From Bugula neritina (taxonomy: Eukaryota > Animalia > Bryozoa), in assembly GCA_964035545.1 (NCBI GenBank), contig OZ037769.1, forward strand, positions 2,790,001-2,854,000: 64,000 bases of DNA. Direction: 5' to 3'. Position numbers and translations under genes: made by a program. Positions 53,054-64,000 of this stretch are shown piece after piece. The notes beneath the pieces were generated by a model. The model saw only the letters and a list, made by a program, of their open reading frames with translations, did no database searches and was not told the origin of the DNA. Within the stretch, counting starts at the first letter, position 1, and every line of letters begins with the position of its first letter.

Positions 53054-56013
53054 TCATTGAGGGTACCCGGCTGCAAGGAAAACTTTCTTGGGGGACTTTT
53101 TGGCTCTTTTTGAAGAAATGATGTGAATCACAGGATTTTGGGATGAATTTGGATTTTTGCTGTTGACCATATTATTCTTGCCTTTTCCTGAGGTCTTTTT
53201 CTTGTTTTTACGATTATTATTTGGTTTCTTCCTGTTTACAGTTTTTAGGTTGTTTATTGCTACATCCCCTGTCTTGGAGTTCTTTTTGTCTTTGGCATTT
53301 TTCACATCTTTTTTGACCTGCTTAACTTTTTTCTGCTTTTGAACATTTTTCTTTCTGTCCTTAGTAATTTTTTTCTTCTGCTTTTGTGCTTTATTTTTTA
53401 TATTGTTTTCATTTTGCTTCTGCTTCTTTTTGTCATTTCTGATGTTTTTTCTTTCTTGATGTTCTTTTTCTGCCTTTTTAACCTTTTTCTTAGCTTCTTT
53501 TTTCTTCTGCTCTTTCTTTTTCTTCTTTATTTTTTCATGTTTGTGCTTTTGCTGCTCTTTTTGAATAGCGTCTAATATTGATGTTTGATGCTTCTTTCCT
53601 TGATTTTTCACAATGCTTTTAGGTATGTTTTGTTTCTTAGCACTTTTTTCTAGTTTTCTCGTTATCTTTTTAGCTTTTCTGACAGCCTTTTTGTTTTTGC
53701 CATGAACTTGAAGAAGCTCCCTAAGATCACTTTTCAACTTGTTCCTTTTTTTATCAGAGATTTTCCCAGGTTCTTCCAAAATATGCAGCACGTTACCAAG
53801 TGTTTCTCTAAAAGTTGAACTTTCAACTTTGTGTTTCAATCTTTTTTTGGTTTCATTCTCTTTTATTTTGCTATGTTTTGTTTTGTGCTCCAATTTTTTC
53901 AGCTCATGTTTTATTTTATCTTTAATCTCCTCCCCTATTTTCTTTTTATGATGCTTTTTTGCTTTCCGCTTAAGCTTTTTTACTTCATGTTTGATTTTTT
54001 CTTTAGCTTCTTTTCTCCCTTCTCCTTTCTTTGGAAGGTGCTTTGCTTTGTGCTCCAACTTTTTTAGATCATGTTTTATTTTATCTTTAACCTCCTTCCC
54101 TTTTTTCTTTTCATGATGCTTTTTTGCTTTCCGCTTAAGCTTTTTTACTTCATGTTTGATTTTTTCCTTAGCTTCTTTTCTCCCTTCTCCTTTCTTTGGA
54201 AGGTGCTTTGCTTTGTGCTCCAACTTTTTTAGATCATGTTTTATTTTATCTTTAACCTCCTTACCTTTTTTCTTTTCATGATGCTTTTTTGCTTTATGTT
54301 CAAGCTTCTTTATTCTGTGCTTGATTTCATCTTTAGCCTCAGCTCTCTTCTTTCCATCTTTTGGAAGATGTTTTGTTTTTCGCTCCAACTTTTTCAGATC
54401 ATGTTTTATTTTGTCTTTAACCTCTTTCCCTTTTTTATTTTCATGATGCTTTTTTGCTTTACGCTTAAGCTTGTTCACTTCATGTTTAATTTTTTCTTTA
54501 GCTTCTTTTCTTCCTTCTCCTTTTTTTGGAAGGTGCTTTGCTTTGTGCTCCAACTTTTTCAGATCATGTTTTATTTTATTTTTAACCTCTTTCCCTTTTT
54601 TATTTTCATGATGCTTTTTTGCTTTGCGCTTAAGCTTCTTTACTTCATGTTTAATCTTTTCTTTAGCTTCTTTTCTTCCTTCTCCCTTCTTAGGAAGATG
54701 CTTTGTTTTTCGTTCCAATTTTCTGAGTTTATGTTTTATTTCTTGTTGTGCTTCTTTTTTATGTTCAGGCTTTTGATGGTCATGTTTTACTTTATGCCCT
54801 ATCTTCTTCAAATCATGCCACAAGTTCCCATTTTCTTTCCATACATTCTTAACTTCTTCTTTTACCCAATGCCTTTCTTTTTCATGTTTAAGTTTACGGA
54901 ATCTTTTCTTCAGATCATTATATCGGTGTTTGCTCTCTTCCAGACGCTGTTCCAGCAGCATTTTTTTCAATCCTTCTTGCATTGGGTTCTTTTTGTGTTC
55001 CTTCCTGTTATGCTTCTCATCACCTTTAGCTTTTCCTTTAATTTTCTTTTTTATTGACCTCTCAATCTCTTTAGCTTTTGCTTTTTCACGACCTGTGTAA
55101 AAATTAAACAGCAATAAAGTAAGATTTTAATCTATACACTATTGGTTTTTAATTCAAGTTTATAATTATTTCACTTTTAAAAAATCTTAATTTTCCTAAT
55201 GAATGTAGATGAATATCCTAAACAGACTGAGTTTCAAAATCAAAAAGGCAACATTTGAAACATGGCTATAATAGAAGTTCACAGTGATTTGGACATCATA
55301 ACCCATTAAGACTTGTTACAAGTAAACCAGCTTACCATGTTTCTCTTCTTTAGCCTTGTGATGACTAATTGGGGACTTATGCTCAGCTGAATCAAGCTTG
55401 TCCACCACTTGTCTGGTCTTGTGGATAGCATGCTTTATGCCATGCTTAGCGTTTAGTGCATTTAAAAATGGATGTTTAAGTTCTAAAACATAAAACATTT
55501 GTTCGAATATTTGTAACCTTTTATACATAAAACGGCTGTTTTAGATTCACTTTCCAAGTTCTTGCTTGAAAGTTAAAAATCTAAAAGTGCCTACTATCCA
55601 TATACAAGTAAAGGGTCAATTAAAACTTTATCACATTGATATCAGCAACTCTACATTTCTCTTGATTTTCTGTAGCCAGATCCTTTTACTCAATATTTTT
55701 ACTGCTCTAGAATATTGTTTAAAGTTGTTAGATAACTAGCAGCGTTGTGATGGTTATTATATTTACACATTTCCAGCAAATTTGAGCTTATTCTCTATAT
55801 ACTATATCTAACGCTGTATATGCCTACTAATACCATATCTTTTCAAAAAACTAGAGTTGCTTTCTATGGGTTCACCTATAACAGTTATTTTTTACATGCA
55901 GCTAAAAATATAATTGAGTTATGCTCACCTGACAAAAATTTGTTTCCCTTTACTTCGTGATAATTTACAAGACATATTGCTGCCACGTAACCCAGCAGCC
56001 CCCAAACTTTCAT
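53054..56013 (-). CDS. Secreted, extremely Lys/His-rich repetitive protein (~756 aa); exons 56013-55929, 55482-55336, 55092-53054
   Basis: Signal peptide MKVWGLLGYVAAICLVNYHEVKG and phase-1 GT-AG introns. The 2-kb exon has ~5 copies of a 55-aa (165-bp) unit made of two related KIKH(D/E)(L/V)KKL half-units. Confidence 0.8.
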
Positions 56014-57079
56014 GTTTGCAAATGACTGGAACTTGATAATAATATTTTGACGCTACTACCTGTATGCTGAATACTGCTTGTCCCTGCGGCATTCAAAGCT
56101 TGCACGAAGCCAAGCTAACTTTACTTGTTGTTTCTCATTCGTAGTTTATACAAAGCTTATAGCTGCATGGTACACATTTCTAGTGGACGCATCACAGCTA
56201 ACTATTTTAGCAAAACATCATAGCAGCATTTTTTCTGAAAAATTAACAGTTTTCATGCTAGAATTATTTGGAAAGTAGATGCGCAGATATATTATTGGTA
56301 GAAAGTAGCACAGATTACTATAGCTATTGTTTCATAATTTATCTGTATACAGGTAACAATACTACAATAACAATACTATATAAATAGACTTGAAAAATAA
56401 AATTTATATCTTAAACAAATTCATTATAAAGTTTAAGACTTCAATTCAATGGCTCTCATTATATTATATAGTCAACAATCTCTGCAAACAGTAACACTGG
56501 GCTAAATACTATATAAGGAAGATGGAATAAAATATCAGCAGAAATAAAATTGTCTATATAATAAAGTATGTCTCTATTTTAGTAATAGAGCTTCCATTGA
56601 TTTTAGGTAACATCTTTTTATGTTTCAATTTTACAGCTTTTTACATGTTGCATCGCTATACGTTCTATACGTTGCTTTTAGAAACTTCCATTTTCATTGT
56701 GTCATAATTAAAGGAGTAACTAGCTGTTAACTTGTCTACTGCTTTTGTACCGTGACTCTGAAATATTGGAAGTTGTCATACCTCTGGCCAATCTGTTTCC
56801 AACATCTATTAGAAGTTGCTCTATCTTGTGATTACTTTGTATATGAATTTAGCAACAGTAGCCAGTATATATTTTTAAGAAGAGATTATTGCTATGCTGC
56901 ACAGTAGGAATAGAGGTAATAAACTAACACCATATTCATAGACAGTGACTGAAATCAGACTTGAATTGGATGTTAATATTGAGATTAGCTGCTCTATAAT
57001 AGTTTGCAGTGTATCTGGGTATAATGTTGACTGAATATTGACTGAACTAAAATAATTACAATTATAAAGCTCTATTTTC

Positions 57080-57095
57080 ACACGCACACACGCAC

Positions 57096-57174
<79 letters not shown>

Positions 57175-57181
57175 CACACAT

Positions 57182-57226
<45 letters not shown>

Positions 57227-57266
57227 CACACATACACGCACACATACAACACACACATGCGCACAC
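57080..57266. repeat. (CA)n microsatellite
   Basis: Directly visible. Confidence 0.95.
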
Positions 57267-57907
57267 AGGTGCTACATTTAATGGCATTTGGTCTATTTAT
57301 GTTTCAAACATTTGATTTGAAAGTATGTTTGTTTTATACACAATTATTTAACAAACCGTAATGCAGTCTGATCTTTTTGTTACGCAATATTACGTGCCAA
57401 TTAAACAGCATGTAATATAAACTATTTAATTTAATGCAGCAAGACAATACTTTTATTAGATAATTATAAGTTTAAGGTAAGGCCAATATTCTTCAACAAT
57501 TTACTTTTTTAAATGTATCTATGAAAAGTTATTAGAGTTTTTATTGATTAAATAGATTTATTTTAATGTATTGGAACTCTCTATATTGATTTGTTGAAAC
57601 TATTGAGATGTATTGCAGTAAACAGAACAACATATGTTTGTCACCTATCAGCACCAACAGCTTTTCTGTGAAAGATGAACAGGAGTGGATTGATCATCCT
57701 TTACTCTGGTAGGTTTTTAATAATTAATAGTAATATGTAATGATAATTATAATATTTGTTGCTGGCTTAAGCATTGTGTATCTTTTTTAAAAAGTCAGGC
57801 TGGTAAACTGTCTTAAAGTATTTATTCTTTCGACTTTATAGCATATAATATGTAATATTATAGTTTAAACCCCTCTTCGTTTTGTTTCTAAATAGATCAT
57901 TAATGTG

Positions 57908-57925
57908 TATATAAAATTGACGTCA
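57908..57925 (+). promoter_or_regulatory. TATA box (TATATAAAA) followed by a perfect CRE palindrome TGACGTCA
   Basis: Sits about 110-125 nt upstream of the ATG at 58035. Confidence 0.45.
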
Positions 57926-58034
57926 CTAGTTGTGTTCTTGGGGAGAGGACAGTTGTGTTAGTGTGATGCTAATTGTAGGCCTATATAGCTTGCACTCAGC
58001 TTGCCCAAACCATTTGCATCTGGATGGTAGAGAA

Positions 58035-59402
58035 ATGAAGCCGATAGACTACCGGTGTTTAGTTCTGTTGCTTTCAGTTCTCAGCACTGCAAACGCTTGG
58101 TTCGGCAGAGAGGCTGCCGTTGAACCTGATTATGAATTAGTAGGACAACATAATTTTGGTGAAAACCAGAATTTTGAAGGTAATCCTGCGGCTGAATATG
58201 GCCAGCAAGGTATGTTCAATAATGAGCGGTATGAACAACCTCCTATGAACTATGAAGGTCAAAGACCCAGCAGTTATGGAGGCTCAATGGGAGAAAGGTT
58301 TCAGAACGGTATGCAGGCGATGCGTGGTTTTGCTTCGCAATATGGTGAGAGTCGAATGCCTGGCATGAGCAACATTCTGAACGCAGCCGTGGCGGCTCGT
58401 GATGGTAACAAAGAAGAGTTTCGGAAACAGCTTCTCACAGCTGGTATGAAAAAAGCTGGAAAGATAGCTTCACAGAATGGTGCTGCCTCAGCAGCTCAAC
58501 AGAGAAATGCAAACGAGCAGCAACCAAGCAGTGGTCATAGTGTCTTGCACAGCATACTCGGTGCTACTGCAGCTGCCCATAAAGGCGATAAAGAGGCCTT
58601 TCATAACCATTTATTAAATGTTGGCATACATAAAATAGCATCTAAAGTGGGAGGCAAGCATGGCGAAGTGGTGAAACAAGCTCTTTCCCTGGCCGCCGGC
58701 CACGGTAATGCGAAGGAGTTGAAGAAGCATTTACTGACTGAAGGACTGAAAGGTGTTACGGGGGTTCTTGCCAAACATGGAGGTAAAAAAGGACAGGCTG
58801 TTGCACAGGCTATCACAGGAGCTGCGGCAAGTGGAGGTGGTTTTAAGGCTATTCAAAAGTCTTTAATAAATACAGGCATAAAAGGAGCCACACAAGCAGG
58901 TGTAGATGCTGCCACTGGGCTTGTAACCGAGTTTGCTGGCCCGGCAGCAGGTATGATTGCTAACAAGCTCTTGGGGAAAGCTGGAGGTGCTTTGGACAAA
59001 GTTGTTGGCAAATATGCCGTCAAAGGAGCTGAAAAGCTAGAAAAAGTTGGCGTAAAAGAAGCTAAAAAGCTTGGCAAAGGTGCTGTAAAAGAAGCTAAAA
59101 AGCTTGGCAAAGGTGCTGTGAAAGAAGTTAAAAAAGTTGGCTCAGAAGCTAAAAAGATAGGAAAAGGTGCCGTGAAAGAAGCTAAAAAGATTGGACACAG
59201 CGTAGCTAATGCTGCTAAATCAGTGGGAAATAAAGTCAAACACTTCTTTCATGGCTGGGGTGAGCTACTAAAATCTACAAGAACTTGTAGATTTCTATTT
59301 AATTGTATAAAATAATAATTATTCCCTGCAAAACTATTCTGATAATATATTTTAATATGTTTGTTTGTTTTAGGAAAGAAAAGAAGGAGAAGAAGAAGAT
59401 AA
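58035..59402 (+). CDS. Secreted Gly/Ala/Lys-rich helical protein (~417 aa) with 11-mer repeats, ending HFFHGW-GKKRRRRRR; exons 58035-59259, 59374-59402
   Basis: Signal peptide MKPIDYRCLVLLLSVLSTANA, a long ORF, KLGKGAVKEAK repeats, a TGGG|GTGAGC donor and a TTTTAG|GAAAG acceptor. Confidence 0.82.
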
Positions 59403-59833
59403 AGTTCTCACTATTCCACATCTAGTTGATTTTCCTCGATGAAATGCCATTTGGTTGCAATTTTAACTCTTACTTTCATTTATCCCAGCATTTCAATATC
59501 AAAATGTAACAATATTGTCACAGTTCTTTTTTAATAAAGCTTTTATACTACAAACTACAACGGAATAATTTACTTGAAACAATTTATTTCTATAATAAAA
59601 CATATGCTGAGTATCATGATAATTTCAATTTAAACTTGTGGAGTAGCACAATAGATGGTCCTACATTGGGTTACACAGCTGCATTGAATTCAAGTTAACA
59701 GTTGGCAAGTTGATAATTAGCACCTTCTGCTTTTTGTATGCGGTACCTAAACTTCTAAATGTTAGGCTTAGGTCAACCAGAGCTTAGTTTCAGTTCCTTG
59801 TGACAAAGAAATAATTCTGCGGGACAAGAATCT

Positions 59834-60115
59834 TTCTATAAGCAACTTTGAGTTAGGTGACTGAGTGCTGTAGTTTGGGGTTCTTGAGTTTGGAGGCTTT
59901 TGTTGAAACTTTAAACTCGACCAACTCCAACTGGGAGACCCCAAACTACTACACTTAGTGACCCCCAACTCAGGGCTGCTGATAGATGATTGCACAAAAC
60001 AAGACTCCTAGCTTTACTTACTGTATCAAAGAACTAGTCTATAAGCAGCCCCAAGTTGGGGGTGAAAGACAAATTTAAAGTTTGGGGGTCTCAAGTTTGA
60101 AGTTTGCCTAAAAAG
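59834..60115. repeat. Degenerate foldback element: three ~70-bp related arms in alternating orientation
   Basis: 59920-59985 is an imperfect inverted repeat of 60038-60108, and 59834-59897 is a direct-orientation relative of the latter. Confidence 0.55.
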
Positions 60116-61144
60116 CCACTATATGTATGAAGTCATTTTCAGTCATTTAAAAACAGTTAACAATGGAAGGACAACTCCGTAGTATTATATATTCAATAAA
60201 AGTATAATTTTATATGCAGTTAATAATTTTAAATCATTAGAAAGAGCATTTGCAGGGTTGTGTTATGCTTGCACTCATCACATGCTTAATATATAAACTT
60301 ATCATCTCGAATTAATAAAAAATATGTCAAAAAGATACAAAGAATGTGGAATGCTGATTTATAGTAATAACAAAAGTATTATTTAAATCTTTACATGCTA
60401 AGAGCTTTTTTTTACACAAAGCTATCTACAGTGTGTAAAATCTAGTAAAGTTATAAGCAATTATACATTTTTTTTCAAAAGAATACATTGCTACTATTAA
60501 TAGTTTCCTGTGCTTTTAGCAGTTCTCAGTAAAAAATTGGGCTATGCAAAAATCTGAAGTTTAGTTATTCGGCACTATTGCTTACTATAATAGGTGCATA
60601 TTTTGCTAGCCAGAGAATTCCTATGTGCCACTTTTCATCTAATTGGCTCTCTATTTCACAGTCAAAAGACCATCTTTTCCTAATATCAAGTCTGCCTATA
60701 GGGAAGCTACTGTAATCTACAAACACCATAACTCAATAATTCTCACCTATTCTCACCTTATATCTCCTCTTTGTCTTGTTCAGTATGAGGGGGGGAGGGG
60801 GGGCCCATAACTCAATATTGTTGTTGTTATATATTATTATGTATTGTTGGATTATTTATAACAGAGTTGCTGCAATGCATTTTTATTAAACTGTGTAAAA
60901 TATTATTATATAGCTAAAATGTGTCATTAGATTATGATTATGATCATTATTGTTATACTATAATAGCTCGTTGTTAGATTCTATATAATACTGTTGTTGC
61001 AATATATTATTTTTAAATTATGAATGATATTATTGCTATATGATGAAAATGTAGGTTTTATCTCACATGCGATATGTTCTCTTTCAAATCTTAGCACTTT
61101 TGTCTTTAGAAATATTATCACAGCTTAATCTAGTTCATACCTGT

Positions 61145-61460
61145 TTATTATAATATATAATACAACATAACATAATATAATATAATGTAGCATAACATAA
61201 CATAACATAATATAATGTAGCATAGTATGATATAACATAACAAAATTTAATAAAACACAATAATATAATATAACATAACACAATATAATATAACATAACA
61301 TAATATAATATATAACATAACACAATATAATATAACATAACATAATATAATATAATATATAACATAATATAATATAATATAATGCATTGTAACATAGCAG
61401 GCTAAAAAGTAATATAATGTAATATAAATTACACAATATAATATTATAACATAATATTAT
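61145..61460. repeat. (ATAAY)n pentanucleotide microsatellite
   Basis: Directly visible. Confidence 0.9.
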
Positions 61461-62123
61461 ACATATATATTTTCACAACCATGGGTGACATCATGTTATA
61501 TTATAGATAATGGAATATGTACTAGCATCAGCAACTGGCTATAACTACAGTCACTCATGCTGCCTCGAATTACTAAAGAGATCAATGTCAACAAGCAAAT
61601 CAGCATATGAACAAGTCTCTCTAACAAAAACACAGAGCTCTGTAATAATAAGATATATCGAACAATAAACACCACATGTGTTCATAGACAAGAATTATAA
61701 TGACTTTATTTCATATATAACTAGGCACCAACAATTTTAAAAAGACTTGTTGTAGGAAATCGGAAAATATAAGTACCTATAGGTCTCCTATAATATACCT
61801 TTTTGATTTGGAGTTGTGACACAGCGTAACACAATAAAGCTGTGCAAGCATTTAATCGAATTAAAATAAAATTTAAACACCTTCATTTTGTATCGATAAA
61901 CAGTTTATAATTTATATTTAGTTTTCACCAGAACAGCTGAGCATCAGTAATTTCTATATATTAGTTTGGCTTGCTGTTGTGCCCCCAGCTTCATCACGGG
62001 ATGCATGCATCAGGTGACACGGCTACAGCTCATTGGCTGATTCAGTTCTCAACATTATAGTCGGGATTCGGGCATATAAACTCTGCATCTTAGTTGTGAC
62101 TTTGCAGTGAGTATAAACTCACC

Positions 62124-63269
62124 ATGAAACTTGTATTAATAGGAATTCTGGTAGTGGCAGCTGGAATAGCAAACTCTCGAAGAATTCATAATGGTAAAAT
62201 ACTTATCATTCTTACAAAAAAGATTGAGTTTTACATTTCTCGAGTCAAGAACAAGTGATAGTTAATAGATAAATATAGAATGTCATATACAATCGAAAAG
62301 CTTAACAATTGTTTTTATAGCTCATCAGTCTTTAAGTCTTAAAAGACAAATTAAAAATTGTATTGTATATAGTTGGGATCTAAAACAATTAGTTTTCATT
62401 TTTCAAAATTTATTTTAGATGTCGAGTCATATAACATAAGAGCCCGGCGTGGGTTCTCTATGTCGCTAGACCAGTTAAAGTCATTTCTAAATGGACAAAG
62501 TGGAAGCACCAATGCCAACTCTAACACCAACACCAACACCAATGCAAATCAGCAAAGCTCCAGTTCGACAAAGAACCTGAAAAACAACTTGAAAAATACT
62601 GCTAGAAATTCGGTAACAAACTTGGCAACTGATTATGGCGGTCCAGTTGGTGGCGCGTTGGCGACGAGCCTGACAAGCAAAGGCACCATGAAAAAAGTTG
62701 GTAATATGTTCAAAGGACTGGGAAAAAGCAGTAAGTAAATTTCTTTTCTAATAACCAAATTTACGTTTCTAAAAATGGCTGTTGTATGTTAAATAATTAT
62801 AAATAGTTACTTGTGACTGTGCAGTGTCTTCTTACATTGTAGCGATTCAATGACTCAATGATGGTTCAGGCTTACTTGCACATATATGCATTGTTTTGGA
62901 GATGTATGAATTTATTTGCACGCTTTTATAGAAAAGAAGAAAAAGGAAAAGAAAAAGAAGAAAAAGGCTAAAGAAGCCCAGCAAGCTCAAAACAGTAACA
63001 ATGGTTGTACTTGCAATGGAAATAATGGGAGTAATGGCAGCAATGGAAATAATGGGAATAATGGCAATGGAAATAATGGGAATAATGGAAATAATGGGAA
63101 TAATGGCAATGGAAATAATGGGAGTAATGGTAGCAATGGAAATAATGGAAATAGTAAAAATAACAATAATCGCAATGGTGGCAATGGTAACAATGGGAAA
63201 TCAGGAAACAGCAATGGAAAGCATAAAAATAAGCATAAGAAACAAAATCGTAACAACAATAACAAATAA
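62124..63269 (+). CDS. Secreted Asn/Gly-rich protein (~239 aa) with an RARR furin site, poly-Lys, CTC and (GNN)n; exons 62124-62193, 62419-62730, 62932-63269
   Basis: Signal peptide MKLVLIGILVVAAGIANS, phase-1 GT-AG introns, and an upstream TATAAA at ~62075. Confidence 0.82.
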
Positions 63270-64000
63270 TAGAGCTTTTGTCTATGACTTTTTTATTTTG
63301 AAATAAAGTCATGAGACGAAATCATTTAATTTTATGTGAAGTTTTGAGCATTAGTAAAGATCAATTTGCATAAACATTAGCAATATTTTTCCGCATAGAA
63401 AAGTTCTCTTATTTAATAATTTTTTCAATAAATTTTGTAAGAGTAAAAACTCAATATGTATTATAGCCATTTCTCAAATTAACATTTTCAACAAGTTTTC
63501 AAAGACTTTTCAGTCAAGTTTATAGACAACAATTTTTGATCAACATTGGGCCTTCTTTCAATTATATTCTTTAGGTAGATTTTGTGAGTTTCCTTTAGAC
63601 AGATATATCCACATTTCTATAAAGCATATCATACTAATATATTTCATGATGATTTAACACAATGAGCAAAAAGTGTATATTCTATTGAAAACTTAATTAA
63701 AATTGAAAAAACATATCAAAGCTAAATTTTGACAAAGATACAAGCCCTGTTTTTATAATTAGAGATTTAACTTTGCTGTTGACCAATCACATGACTTGAG
63801 AAAAAAAATATATGGAACCATAGGCATTCTTTGCTACATCTTGTTAAGCACAATTTATATCTACATAATATAGCTATCTTCAATTAAGTTCTATAAAAGA
63901 AATTGAGATTATAGCTTTTGTGGAGAAAACTGCAAGAAAATCAAGTTTGGTTGCAGAAGGAGCCTTTATTTAAAACTGAAAGAGTTCAGGAGGCTGCAGT

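Noticed and set aside
53157-55057. Phe/Leu-rich plus-strand ORFs that look like membrane proteins
   Set aside because: They are the antisense shadow of the Lys-rich exon.
57930-58034. N-terminal extension of the 461-aa ORF
   Set aside because: It starts at a non-ATG codon just after the TATA box; the ATG at 58035 gives a clean signal peptide.
62968-63312. Alternative-frame ORFs (HYFHCHYS, FPLFPL, MEIMG repeats)
   Set aside because: They are other frames of the GNN-coding exon.

Overview
AT-rich, intron-containing animal genomic DNA, probably a marine invertebrate; the taxon cannot be fixed from the sequence. I assembled 12 spliced gene models by hand using GT-AG sites and frame continuity. 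Recognisable housekeeping genes are MFSD3 (with an orphan two-TM gene nested antisense in intron 1), GGACT, a SYT15/TC2N-like tandem-C2 gene, and UBA2 head-to-head with MMACHC. The main finding is three paralogous secreted proteins (24.8-28.9, 32.3-34.4 and 37.3-40.0 kb) with clusterin architecture: two 5-Cys clusters flanking a furin-cleaved variable region, a helical stalk and a 'TxVxVxLF' C-terminal domain. Their intron positions match human CLU as I recall them, although clusterin is normally described as a vertebrate protein. The paralogs differ sharply in the central tail: long and amphipathic, short and cationic, or deleted in frame by a TA-flanked palindrome. A ~5 kb tandem duplication copies one clusterin-like gene plus the last two UBA2 exons. 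A cluster of three orphan secreted cationic low-complexity proteins lies at 53-63 kb. Many introns carry private minisatellites anchored on, and often duplicating, splice sites. All homology calls come from recalled sequences; no searches were run.
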